The notes below the pieces were generated by a model. The model saw only the letters and a program-made list of their open reading frames with translations, made no database searches and was not told the DNA's origin. From Pelagomonas calceolata (taxonomy: Eukaryota), in contig CAKKNE010000003.1 of assembly GCA_918797485.1 (NCBI GenBank), positions 1,364,001 to 1,428,000 on the forward strand: DNA of 64,000 nucleotides, read 5' to 3'. Below are positions 1-9,267 of this stretch, piece after piece. Position 1 is the first letter of the stretch; every line of letters starts with the position of its first letter. The position numbers and the translations under genes are program-made.

Positions 1-4
1 GCAT

Positions 5-3000
5 TTGGGACGAGGCCGGCTGTTCTGTCGCGCGCGCGCGGCCTTTGACGGCGTTTCGTTGGATTCATATGATCGCTCGTTGTTGGCCGTATCTACACAA
101 GTCCCGCCGCGCGTCTTTGCCTGCCGCGACCTGCCGCTCGGAAATGAAACTGAATTTGAGGTCGGCGACCGCGTCCAGGCGCGGTGGAATGGGGAGCCCA
201 CATGGTATGTCGGGACGCTTACGTCCGTAAATCCCTACGCTATTGACTACGACGACGGCGACCACGAGGATGATGTGGACTTGTCATTAATTCGCGCGTC
301 GCGCCTGCCGGACCCGCCCCGGTACCCGACGCCCGATGCCGCGCCGCCGACCTGTTCCACAGTACTAGAGGGGCGCGACGTCGGCGCCCTCTGCGACGTG
401 GCCTGTTTTGCGAACGACGGCGTCTTCGCGGCCAAGGGCGAGGACTGCTGGTGCGGCGAGGCAACTCTAAAATTGCATGGTAAAGTAAAAGCCGTCGCTT
501 CTGCGTCAAAACATGTCGCTTGTGCCTGCAGTGACGGCGCCGTGCGCATCCTCAAGGTGGATACATCTATCATATTGTTACATTCCCTGAGGAACCCCAT
601 CGACAAGGTCCAGTTCTCTTCACCAAGTTTCGGCGCCGGCGGCGAGCATTTGGTAGCAGCGGCGCACGTCGGGTCGCAGGTCCAATTTTACGTGTGGGAG
701 GTCCAGAGCGGCCACTGTCTGGCGCGGCCGCGCGACGACGACAAGGACTCGCAGGACCGCGGGCCAATTCAAGCACTCGCGTGCCACGCGAACGGGGCCG
801 TGATCTGCACGGCGGCCGCGCACGCGTCCCAGCACGCGATCCGCGTCTGGGCGGCGCCCGACGGTTTTAGTTGGCGGGCCTACGCGCCGAACTTTGAAGA
901 ATTACACGAGAACATTACTTATAACGAGCGCGAGGACGAGTTCGACACGACCGTGGATAGCAAGGCCCCGTCGCATCCGCAAGCGGAGATTGAGGCGCTG
1001 CTGGGCGCGCATGGGTGCACTCTAGACGATGTTTTGAGGGTGGAACCGACGGTCTTCGACGCGGCGTCGGGCGAGTGGGTGCCGAACGCGGACGGGACCG
1101 AGGAGCTCGCCTTCGACGATACGTGGTCGGCGCCGGAGCGCGCGCGCTTCCGCCGGGCGCTCGCCGCGCTGCAGGGCGAGGATGAAGCGGAGGCGCCGGC
1201 GGCCGTGGAGGTGGAGGTCGTCGCGGAGGAATCGGAGCTGCTCGACGCCGTCGGCCTCCCGCCGCGGTCGCGGTCGCGGTCGCCCTCGCCCGCGCCGTCC
1301 TGGTCGTCAGAGGAGGACGAGGAGCCGCCCGCGTCGCCGGCGTCGTCGCCGTCGCTGCCGTCGTCGTCGCCGTCGCTGGAGCCGGCCCCGAAGGTGACGC
1401 CGCCCTCGCCGCCGGCCTCGCCGCCGCGGGAGACGACGAAGGCGTCGCCGCTCCGAGTGAAGCAGGTCGCTCGGCAGAGGAAGACCGCGCCGCCGCCTCC
1501 AGCCGTTGGCGGGGTCGCGGCGGCACCCCCACGGCAGAGGAAGGCCGTGCCGCCGCCACCGCCGCCGCCGGCCGTTGTTGAGCTCGCGGCGGCACCGCCG
1601 CTCCATCGTGCCACGCCCGCGGCCGGCGACTGGCGCATCATTGGCGCGCATGTACAAGATTCCGACGATGCGACGGTGCGCGGCGTCGTGACCGATTGCA
1701 CCCACGCTTTCAAGGAAGTAACGACGACGACTGGCTCCGTGGTGATGATGCGACGCTCAAAATTGACGCGAACGACGCTGACGGACGAGGAAGTTGCGCT
1801 CTGCGCGCGCCCAACGTCACTGAAGGACTACGTGCAAGCACGGATTGACGGCACGATACGGGTGAGCCACGGCGAGAACGGTCGAGAATTTAAGAACTGC
1901 TACACGTGCGCGGACGGCACGGAGCGGCGGCAATTCGAGGTCAAGGCTACTCATGTTCGGTGTGCCCTCTGTGGTGATGCGCATACGTGGTCCTTGGAAA
2001 CCGACTCCCTAGTTCTCTTGAATTCTCTCAAGCAGCACTGTGGCCAGACAAAAAGCAATCTCCTCTGTGTGCAGCAGCACCTCGACCGCCTCGACCAGTC
2101 TGTGGGCGCGGGCGCCGAGCAGTCGCTTGAGTCCGACGACGATGACTCGGAGGACGTCCAGTCCGCATGCGCGGAGTCCGAGAATGACGAGTTGGACGAC
2201 GAGTGGGGTGCGGAGCAGCGGCCGACGCGCCGGCACTTGGTCGCCGCGGCGGAGGCGGCGCCCGCTGAGCAGTCAAGCGAGGACGAGGACTTGGCCACAT
2301 TGCGCAAAGCCAAGCCGACGAATAAACCGCGCGACGCGTCGATGGCGCCGGAACCGGTGACCATCAACGCGCACAGCTGGCGCTGCGTCGGAGCGCACAC
2401 CGAGGACGCCAACGATCCGACGGTCCGCGGCATCATCACGAGCTGTCCCAGCACATCAACCCGGGAAGTGACGACGACGACGGGCACCGTTGTCATACTG
2501 AAGACCACTGAGATCATACAGACGACGTTGACGGACGACGAGGTCGCGCGGGCTGTGCGCCCGACATCCATGAAGGACTACGTGCAGGCGCGCATCGACG
2601 GAACCATCGAAACCCGCTGCGGCGGCCGAGACTACAAGAATTGCTACACGGCCGCCGACGGCACGGCGCGGTGCCAGTTCAAAGTAACCGCGACTCACGT
2701 CCAGTGCGCCATCTGCCCGGACGCGCCGACGTGGTCCTTGGATGCCGACTGTGTGAGACTTCTCAAGGAGCACTGTGGCCAAACGGGGGGTAGGGTCAAA
2801 CACGTCCGGAGCCTCGAGGCATCGCTGGCGTCGCGCGCGCTGCCGTCGCCCAAGAAAGCGCCGCCGATGTCGCCCGCGCCGATACCGAAGCGCAAGAAGC
2901 CGTCGCCCCTCGCGACGGAGAAGAAGGCCTCGCCCCTCGCGACGGACCCGCGGAAGCGCGCGAAGCAGCTGTCGGGCGCCGAGGCCGCGCAGGCGCGGGC

Positions 3001-5701
3001 GGAGGCCGTCTGGGCCGGCCTGACCGCGCCGTCCGCGCCGCCGCCGCCGCCAACGTTTCCGCCGTCGCCGCCGCCGCATCCGCCTATCTACTTCGACGTC
3101 TACACGATTGACGGCCTCGGCGGCACGCAGCTCTTCGGGCGCCTGGACCTGTCCGGCGCCGAGCGGCTCACGTTCGGCCGCGACGGGGAGCACGTCGACG
3201 TGCCGCTCGACCACGTGTCCATCTCGCGCCACCACGCGACGATCCGCTTCGAGGGCGACGTGACCTACATCGCGGACATGAAGTCGAACAACGGCACCTT
3301 CGTCGTCACGGCGCCGGGCGAGGCCGATGAGCGCGTCACGACGTCGCGGCTCCGCGAGGGGAGCGTCCTCCGCTTCGGTCTGTCGCCCTACCGCTACGTC
3401 CTCCGGCGCAGCGAGGACGGGCTGCCGCGGCCGGCCGGAGACACGTGGCCGCGGCTGGCCGAGATCGGGTCGAGCGGCGCGAAGCGCGGGGCGCCCATCC
3501 CGAAGAAGCCGGACGCGCCGCCGATCCCGAAGCGGGTGCGGCCCGAGTCGCTCGCGGCCGTGCCGCCGCCGCCGTCACACGACCGGCGCGGCGACTGGCG
3601 CGGGCGGGCGCCGCACGAGGGCGATCGCGATCGCCGCGGGCCGTCGACGAGTCCCCGCGCCAACTTCGGCGAGCGCCTGGCGGACCGCGCGGCGCGCTTC
3701 GGGCCGCCGCCCGGTCCGCCCCCGTTCGAGGCTCGCCTGGCCGACCGGGCGGCGCGCTTTAGCCCTCCGCCGAGTCCCCGCGGCAACTTTGGCGAGAAAA
3801 AAGCGGCCCGCGCGGCGCGCTTCGGGCCTCCGCCCGGCCCGTCTCCCTTCGAGGCGCGCCTGGCGGACCGCGCGGCGCGCTTTAGCCCTCCACCGAGTCC
3901 CCGAGCGGGCGACGCGGGCGGTGGCCACCGCGGGCCGCGCGGGCCGGAAGCGCCACACGGCTTCGGGCCGACGGCACTCAGCGAGGCCTTGAGCCACCGC
4001 CTCAACGCCGACGCGCTGCGTGCGCTCGCCGAGCTCGAGACGGCCGACGCCGACGCAGTCTTGCAGCGGCTCGAGAAGGCCGGCTCGACCGTGCGCAATC
4101 CGTCGACCTGGGTATGCCAGGCGGCCAAAACGCTACTCCGCGCCTACGCTGCCAGGCGGCCGCCTCACCAAAAGCCCCCGGGCCCGCCCCCTAGAAGGAG
4201 AGGCGTCTGCCAGTGGTTCGACCCCGAAAGAAAGCACGGCTTCATCAAGCCCGACGGCGGCGGCGCCGACCTCTTCGTGCACCAGATGGACCTGCGGGCC
4301 GGCACGGAGATCACGGAAGGCGACGCCGTCGAGTTTGGGACCGCGGACTATCAAGGCAGGGAGAAGGCCGTCGACGTCACCAAGGTTGAACGATACGCCG
4401 CCTGGGGGGTGGGGCCTCTTCCGGACGGCGCAAACCCCAGGAAAGTTTCCGTGGGGAATATCATATACGAGGCGAGCGAGTCAGAGATCAAGGCCTTCTT
4501 CGCAGCCGTGGGGGAAATGACCGATGTGCAATATCCACTAGATGCGACCGGCCGCCCCAAAGGCATCTGCTTCATCACGTTTGCGTCTGCCGAAGCTGCG
4601 AGCCGGGCCATCGCCACGATGAATAACGCGGAGTTTGGGGGAAGAAAGCTCCGCGTGGGTTGGCCGCAGTTCGACCGCTGCCAGTTCTCGCACGATGGGC
4701 CTCAGGGTCGCGGTCGCGGCGGCTTCGCGGGAACCGTCCTCGCGAGACACTGCGCCGATGCTCGATCTGCGGCGCCGGGCGACGGCCACCGCGAGCCGCG
4801 CGGGCCGGCACCGCCGCATGATTTCCCGCCACGCCGCTTCGGGCCGACAGCACTCAGCGAGGCCGTGCGTCGCCGCCTCCACGCCGACGCGCTGCGTGCG
4901 CTCGCCGAGCTCGAGACGGCCGACGCCGACGCCGTCGTCCAGCGCCTCACGCAGAAGGGGGCGGAGGTGCTCAACCCGTCGGCCTTTGTGTGCCAGGCGG
5001 TCAAAACGATACTCCGCGACAGGCGTGACGGCTTTGCGCGGCCGGGCGTTGTGCCGCCTCTTCCGGACGGCGCGAACCCCAGGAAAGTCCGCGTGAAGAA
5101 TATCACCTTTACTGCGAGTGAGCCAGAGATCAAAGCCTTCTTCGCAGCCGCGGGGGAAATGACCGATGTGCAATTGTGCAGAGGCCACTGCTTCATCACG
5201 TTCGCGTCTGCGGAAGCCGCGAGCCGGGCCATCGCCACGATGAATAACGCGGAGTTCCAGGGAAGAAAGCTCCGCGTGGGTTGGCCGGTATTCGACCGCT
5301 GCCGCGGAGGCTTCGCGGGAGCCGACATCGCGAGACACTGTGCCGATGGTCGATCTACGGCGGCGGGCGGGCGGGAACCACCGCGCGTCCCGCTCGACAG
5401 CCTCCAGCGCCTACCGCCGCCGAGCGCGCGGGGCAACATGGCGCCGCGGCCCGACTATCCCCGACCGGACCAGCGCCGCGGTCTGGGCCCCGACGAGTGG
5501 ATTTGTGGTGCTTGCGGCGGCGACAACTTCGCCCGGCGCCGTGAGTGTCGCCGGTGCGGCACGCCCAAGTCGTCGGGCGAGCACTGGGAAACCAACTACG
5601 GGTTTCAAGTCCCGCGGCCGACGCCGCCGCGCCGCCGCAGCAGCAGCCGGTCGCGGTCGCGGTCGCGCGAGCGGCGCGGCCGGCGCGGCCGTCGTTCCTA
5701 A
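5..5701 (+). CDS. Large multidomain ORF, probably 5'-partial: RBBP5/Swd1-like WD40 with Tudor-like insert, duplicated Cys/His domain, FHA, cold-shock domain, 2 RRMs, RanBP2 zinc finger and RS tail; could be two genes
   Basis: WRAYAPNFEELHENITYNEREDEFD resembles the RBBP5 post-WD40 motif; FEVGDRVQARW..YAIDYDDGD (Tudor); FGR..SISRHHA..DMKSNNGTF (FHA); WFDPERKHGFI..DLFVH (CSD); KGICFITF (RNP1); WICGACGGDNFARRRECRRC (zf-RanBP2). Confidence 0.7.
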   Translation: MGRGRLFCRARAAFDGVSLDSYDRSLLAVSTQVPPRVFACRDLPLGNETEFEVGDRVQARWNGEPTWYVGTLTSVNPYAIDYDDGDHEDDVDLSLIRASRLPDPPRYPTPDAAPPTCSTVLEGRDVGALCDVACFANDGVFAAKGEDCWCGEATLKLHGKVKAVASASKHVACACSDGAVRILKVDTSIILLHSLRNPIDKVQFSSPSFGAGGEHLVAAAHVGSQVQFYVWEVQSGHCLARPRDDDKDSQDRGPIQALACHANGAVICTAAAHASQHAIRVWAAPDGFSWRAYAPNFEELHENITYNEREDEFDTTVDSKAPSHPQAEIEALLGAHGCTLDDVLRVEPTVFDAASGEWVPNADGTEELAFDDTWSAPERARFRRALAALQGEDEAEAPAAVEVEVVAEESELLDAVGLPPRSRSRSPSPAPSWSSEEDEEPPASPASSPSLPSSSPSLEPAPKVTPPSPPASPPRETTKASPLRVKQVARQRKTAPPPPAVGGVAAAPPRQRKAVPPPPPPPAVVELAAAPPLHRATPAAGDWRIIGAHVQDSDDATVRGVVTDCTHAFKEVTTTTGSVVMMRRSKLTRTTLTDEEVALCARPTSLKDYVQARIDGTIRVSHGENGREFKNCYTCADGTERRQFEVKATHVRCALCGDAHTWSLETDSLVLLNSLKQHCGQTKSNLLCVQQHLDRLDQSVGAGAEQSLESDDDDSEDVQSACAESENDELDDEWGAEQRPTRRHLVAAAEAAPAEQSSEDEDLATLRKAKPTNKPRDASMAPEPVTINAHSWRCVGAHTEDANDPTVRGIITSCPSTSTREVTTTTGTVVILKTTEIIQTTLTDDEVARAVRPTSMKDYVQARIDGTIETRCGGRDYKNCYTAADGTARCQFKVTATHVQCAICPDAPTWSLDADCVRLLKEHCGQTGGRVKHVRSLEASLASRALPSPKKAPPMSPAPIPKRKKPSPLATEKKASPLATDPRKRAKQLSGAEAAQARAEAVWAGLTAPSAPPPPPTFPPSPPPHPPIYFDVYTIDGLGGTQLFGRLDLSGAERLTFGRDGEHVDVPLDHVSISRHHATIRFEGDVTYIADMKSNNGTFVVTAPGEADERVTTSRLREGSVLRFGLSPYRYVLRRSEDGLPRPAGDTWPRLAEIGSSGAKRGAPIPKKPDAPPIPKRVRPESLAAVPPPPSHDRRGDWRGRAPHEGDRDRRGPSTSPRANFGERLADRAARFGPPPGPPPFEARLADRAARFSPPPSPRGNFGEKKAARAARFGPPPGPSPFEARLADRAARFSPPPSPRAGDAGGGHRGPRGPEAPHGFGPTALSEALSHRLNADALRALAELETADADAVLQRLEKAGSTVRNPSTWVCQAAKTLLRAYAARRPPHQKPPGPPPRRRGVCQWFDPERKHGFIKPDGGGADLFVHQMDLRAGTEITEGDAVEFGTADYQGREKAVDVTKVERYAAWGVGPLPDGANPRKVSVGNIIYEASESEIKAFFAAVGEMTDVQYPLDATGRPKGICFITFASAEAASRAIATMNNAEFGGRKLRVGWPQFDRCQFSHDGPQGRGRGGFAGTVLARHCADARSAAPGDGHREPRGPAPPHDFPPRRFGPTALSEAVRRRLHADALRALAELETADADAVVQRLTQKGAEVLNPSAFVCQAVKTILRDRRDGFARPGVVPPLPDGANPRKVRVKNITFTASEPEIKAFFAAAGEMTDVQLCRGHCFITFASAEAASRAIATMNNAEFQGRKLRVGWPVFDRCRGGFAGADIARHCADGRSTAAGGREPPRVPLDSLQRLPPPSARGNMAPRPDYPRPDQRRGLGPDEWICGACGGDNFARRRECRRCGTPKSSGEHWETNYGFQVPRPTPPRRRSSSRSRSRSRERRGRRGRRS

Positions 5702-5747
5702 CTATTGTGGTGTTGTTTATCACTTACTACACATCTTGGGGGAACGC

Positions 5748-6709
5748 CTAGGCCAGAGGCAGGTGCTCCTTGAGGTAGCCGACCGCCTCGGTCATCGCGT
5801 CCTTGATCGCCGCGGCGACCGCCGGGTCGGACGCGTCGCCGCGCGACGTCCAGCCGTGCTCCTGCTCCGGGAAGGTCTTCTGCTTCGAGCCGGCGGGCAG
5901 CTCCTTGATCACCGAGCCCTCGGGGCCGTAGAGGGCGGGGTCGTCGGACTTGGCGGGCATGATGTAGTGCGGGGCCTGGACCTGTGCGGACGTCGACAGA
6001 TGAGTGATTGTGCGCGTCCACCATCGACGCTACGTCTGCGTGATTGTACCTAGGACGCCGCTTCGATACCTTCTTGGCGAGGGCGTGGACCTCACCGCCG
6101 TGAGCGGCCACGATGTGGCAGGACGGGTGGAAGATCACGCCGACCTTGACGTCTGCGTGGGGATTTGGGCGGTGAGTGACGCGTCGCGTCGGTGGCGTAC
6201 GAGCCCACGCCGTCGCAAGTCGAAGGCTTCGCGACGGACGCCGGACACGGACCCGTCGTCATGGCCGACGTCTCAAAGCAGGCCCAGCCGCCCCAGCAGC
6301 AGCCGACGACGCCGAGGGACGTCGCGCCCTCGGCCTTGGCGTACGCCAGGAGAGCGTTCACCTTGGAATCGATGCCGTCCCATTTGACGGTCTTCACCCA
6401 CCCCATGAACTCATCCATACGCGAGCCAAGGTCGAAGTCCGGCGGCAGGCCGTCGCCGTCCGTGCCGCCCTGGAACGCCGGCTGGAGAACTTTCGGCACG
6501 TACGTGCGGTAGCCCTGCTCGGCGAACGCGTCGGCGAGCGCGCGCGTGCGGCCGCTGTCCCAGCCCCACACGTCCGGGAAAAGGATGACCGCGGCCTTGG
6601 ACTGGGCGCCGGTCTCGTAGAATTCGACGCCGTCGACGGCCTTCTTGGAGCCCTTGGTGGCTGGCTTTGCAGCCAAGTATGGCAGAGCTGAGGGAGGGCA
6701 GCACGACAT
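5748..6709 (-). CDS. Dienelactone hydrolase family protein, 3 exons (introns 6153-6252 and 5982-6069)
   Basis: PDVWG, GCCWGG nucleophile elbow, C-terminal HGW..RG. GT-AG introns join three ORF pieces in frame (MTT-DVKVGVIFHPS...LAKK-VQAPHYIMPA). Confidence 0.88.
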
Positions 6710-7078
6710 TTTTGTTGGCTGCGCGGTGGCGGTCTTGTTTTTGGAGCTACACGAACCTATGGTTGTGTTGCGGGCGTTGCAGCGATGTGTTGCTGCAGCG
6801 ATGTGATCGATTTGAGTGGTTGCGAGATGGCTGCCTGAGAGCTCCTAGCAAGTTCCACTAGAGTTCTGCCGGGCTGTCGCCAATCTGAAGACAAGTGCAC
6901 GCCCTCGGACCACCACAACAAGCAATCCAATGACACATCTCACCTTCTTAGACAGACTAGACCGAGACCACTGGCCTCCCGTCCGGGGACGGTTACGCTA
7001 GAATCTTAAGCCTGGCCGCCAGAGGGGATATGTTCAGGGATGGGGGCGGCGAGTGGCGAGCAATGCAGAGGAGCGTGC

Positions 7079-7951
7079 TCAGAGGTACTTCTCGAAGAAA
7101 TCAAAGAGGCTGCCCCACGCCGCGTTCGCGACGTCGGCGTCGTACGGGTAGAACGTCTTGTCGAAGCCGATCGCCTCGAAGCCCTCGTCTTTCGCCGTCT
7201 CGTTGGCGTAGGGCTCGGGCGACTCGTTCATGAACCCGTGGCCGATCTCTCCTTTGTACACCTTGACTGTATAGTCCTTGTTGCCCGCGTCCGCAAGCTC
7301 CTGCTCGAGCTTCGCGGCCGTGGCCGGGTCCGAGAAGCCCCCGAACAGGTCTAGTTCGCCGCTCGACCAGAGCACGGGCTTTTTCGTCGACGTCGTGGTG
7401 TCGAAGCAGCCAGCAGGCTGAGGTGCGTAGCCGTAGAACGGCGCGCCCGCGGCGATGTCGTCGCAGGCCTGGAGCGCGCACAGCGCGAGCGCGCTGCCCA
7501 TGCAGAAGCCCGTCACGCCGACCGTGGAAGCGCCGGTGTCCTTTGCCCACTTCGCGATCGTGCAGATCTCCTGGACGGCCGTCGGAAAATCAAGCTCACT
7601 CATCAAGTGATTCGCCTCCTCGGCCTCGACGCCTAACTTACCTTTGTAGAGGTCGGGAACGAGCGCTCGGTAGCCGGCCCCCGCTAGCTTCTGCGCCTTC
7701 TTGATGTGTTCTTCGTTGAGCCCCCACCACTCCTGGACCACGATCACGGCGGGCTTCTCGCTCCCCTGGTAATCCGAGTCCAGCACCGCTACCGTGCCGG
7801 TGCTCATGAGCGAACCGGCGGTGTTCGTCTGGTTGAGCCGGAGCGGAACGAGCGTCGGACACGTCGTCTTCAGCTCTTCCGCATGGAACTCGCCGAGGGC
7901 GTCGACGGCCGCCGGCAGCGCCGCGAGACAGAGGAGCAGTTTAGCGTTCAT
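7079..7951 (-). CDS. Dienelactone hydrolase (carboxymethylenebutenolidase-like) with signal peptide
   Basis: QEWWG, VPDLY, GFCMGS and HGFMN motifs; hydrophobic N-terminus MNAKLLLCLAALPAA. Confidence 0.88.
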   Translation of the reverse strand: MNAKLLLCLAALPAAVDALGEFHAEELKTTCPTLVPLRLNQTNTAGSLMSTGTVAVLDSDYQGSEKPAVIVVQEWWGLNEEHIKKAQKLAGAGYRALVPDLYKGKLGVEAEEANHLMSELDFPTAVQEICTIAKWAKDTGASTVGVTGFCMGSALALCALQACDDIAAGAPFYGYAPQPAGCFDTTTSTKKPVLWSSGELDLFGGFSDPATAAKLEQELADAGNKDYTVKVYKGEIGHGFMNESPEPYANETAKDEGFEAIGFDKTFYPYDADVANAAWGSLFDFFEKYL

Positions 7952-8390
7952 GGCTACCTGCGATGGCGTCGACCGCTCGCGTCGCGACGGCGGGTGGCGC
8001 TCGTGGTTGAGGGTGGCGCTCGCGCTCGCGACGGCGCGGGTGGCGCTCGCGGTCGCGACGGCGCAGGTTGGGTTTGCGACGATGCGCCCGGCGAGACGAC
8101 GTCGCCACGGCGCTCCGGTGGGTCGCATCGAGACGTGAAGCGGTCAACGCGCGCGCGAGGGCTGCAAAGCCAATGAGGGTGATTGGGTTCAATGATAATC
8201 TGTAACCCATTTCACGACTGCGGCTCGTTTGAGGGACGCGCAGACGACTCGTACACTGTATTGCTACCTTTTTCGTGCTACAGAGGCGAAATACCTCTTG
8301 TTTGCGGCAAGTTTTGGACCCCCACAAAACAGGTTTCGAGACGCGCGAGTGAGAGAGCAAGTCGTATGGAAGCAAACAAATTACAACAAC

Positions 8391-8864
8391 TCACCACCGC
8401 TCTCCCTCGAGCTTCGCCAGGACGTCGTCGAGCTGCCCCCGCAATCGCCCGGGCGCCGAGCGCATCTGGGCGGCCTTCTTCTTGCGGCGCGCGAGCGCCT
8501 TCGCCTTCGCCTTCTCGGCGTCGTCGCGCCGCTGCTGGCGCTCGGCGGCGGCCGCGTCGCGCGCGGCGCGGACCTTCGCGAAGGGGTCGCGCTTTCGCCG
8601 CTTCTCTCGTTTCTTCGGCGCGGGTTCACCCTTCGCCTCGGCCTCGGCGCGGGCGCGCTTCTGGGGCTTCGTGAAGTCGCGCTCCGTGCCGACGTCGCCG
8701 TCGCGCTTGCGGAGCTTCTCGTAGCTGCGGATGAGCTTGGCGTTTTTGTAGAACTCGCGCTGCTTCTTCCGGCGGCCGGGGTTGTGCGCCTTGCGCGTCA
8801 GGTAGTCGAAGTCGAGCTTGCCGCCGCGCGGGCCCACCGGCATGGGGCGCTTCGCCGACGCCAT
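8391..8864 (-). CDS. Small basic protein, Fyv7/TAP26 (CCDC59)-like rRNA-processing family
   Basis: Lys/Arg-rich coiled coil, KLIRSYEKLRK, C-terminal QLDDVLAKLE. Confidence 0.5.
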   Translation of the reverse strand: MASAKRPMPVGPRGGKLDFDYLTRKAHNPGRRKKQREFYKNAKLIRSYEKLRKRDGDVGTERDFTKPQKRARAEAEAKGEPAPKKREKRRKRDPFAKVRAARDAAAAERQQRRDDAEKAKAKALARRKKKAAQMRSAPGRLRGQLDDVLAKLEGERW

Positions 8865-9267
8865 GGCGTTACGGCGCGCGTTGCGTCGTGTCGCAGTCTC
8901 CGCGAGCGCTGCGGTGAAGCGCTGTGCCGCAGTCCGCGAGCGGCGCTGCGGTGAAGCTCTGAACGAGGTCTTACGACGCGTCGAGCCGCGCCGCGGGCCG
9001 GAGCGATGCGAAAGTGCTGTGTATGCCTGCACAGGCTGCTGCTTGCGCGACGGCGTAACTCTGGCTATCACTCTGCCCAGCGCTTCAAATCGCGAGCATA
9101 GATCGCACACGATCGAAGGATCGTGGTAGATGCCGCTAGGTCGCCCGCAGAGAGCACTGTCGCCCACGGCGCTGAGGGCTGCAGCAGCCTGCAATCGACC
9201 TCAGCGCATCGTGAGCGATAGCATTTGTGCTCAAAACGCTTGGGCACGTCCACAGTGCTCTCACAAG

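Noticed and set aside
6845..6861. CTAGCAAGTTCCACTAG and similar CTAG pairs near 53447, 54492 and 61056 as motif copies
   Set aside because: Spacing and internal sequence deviate too much from the consensus to count with confidence.
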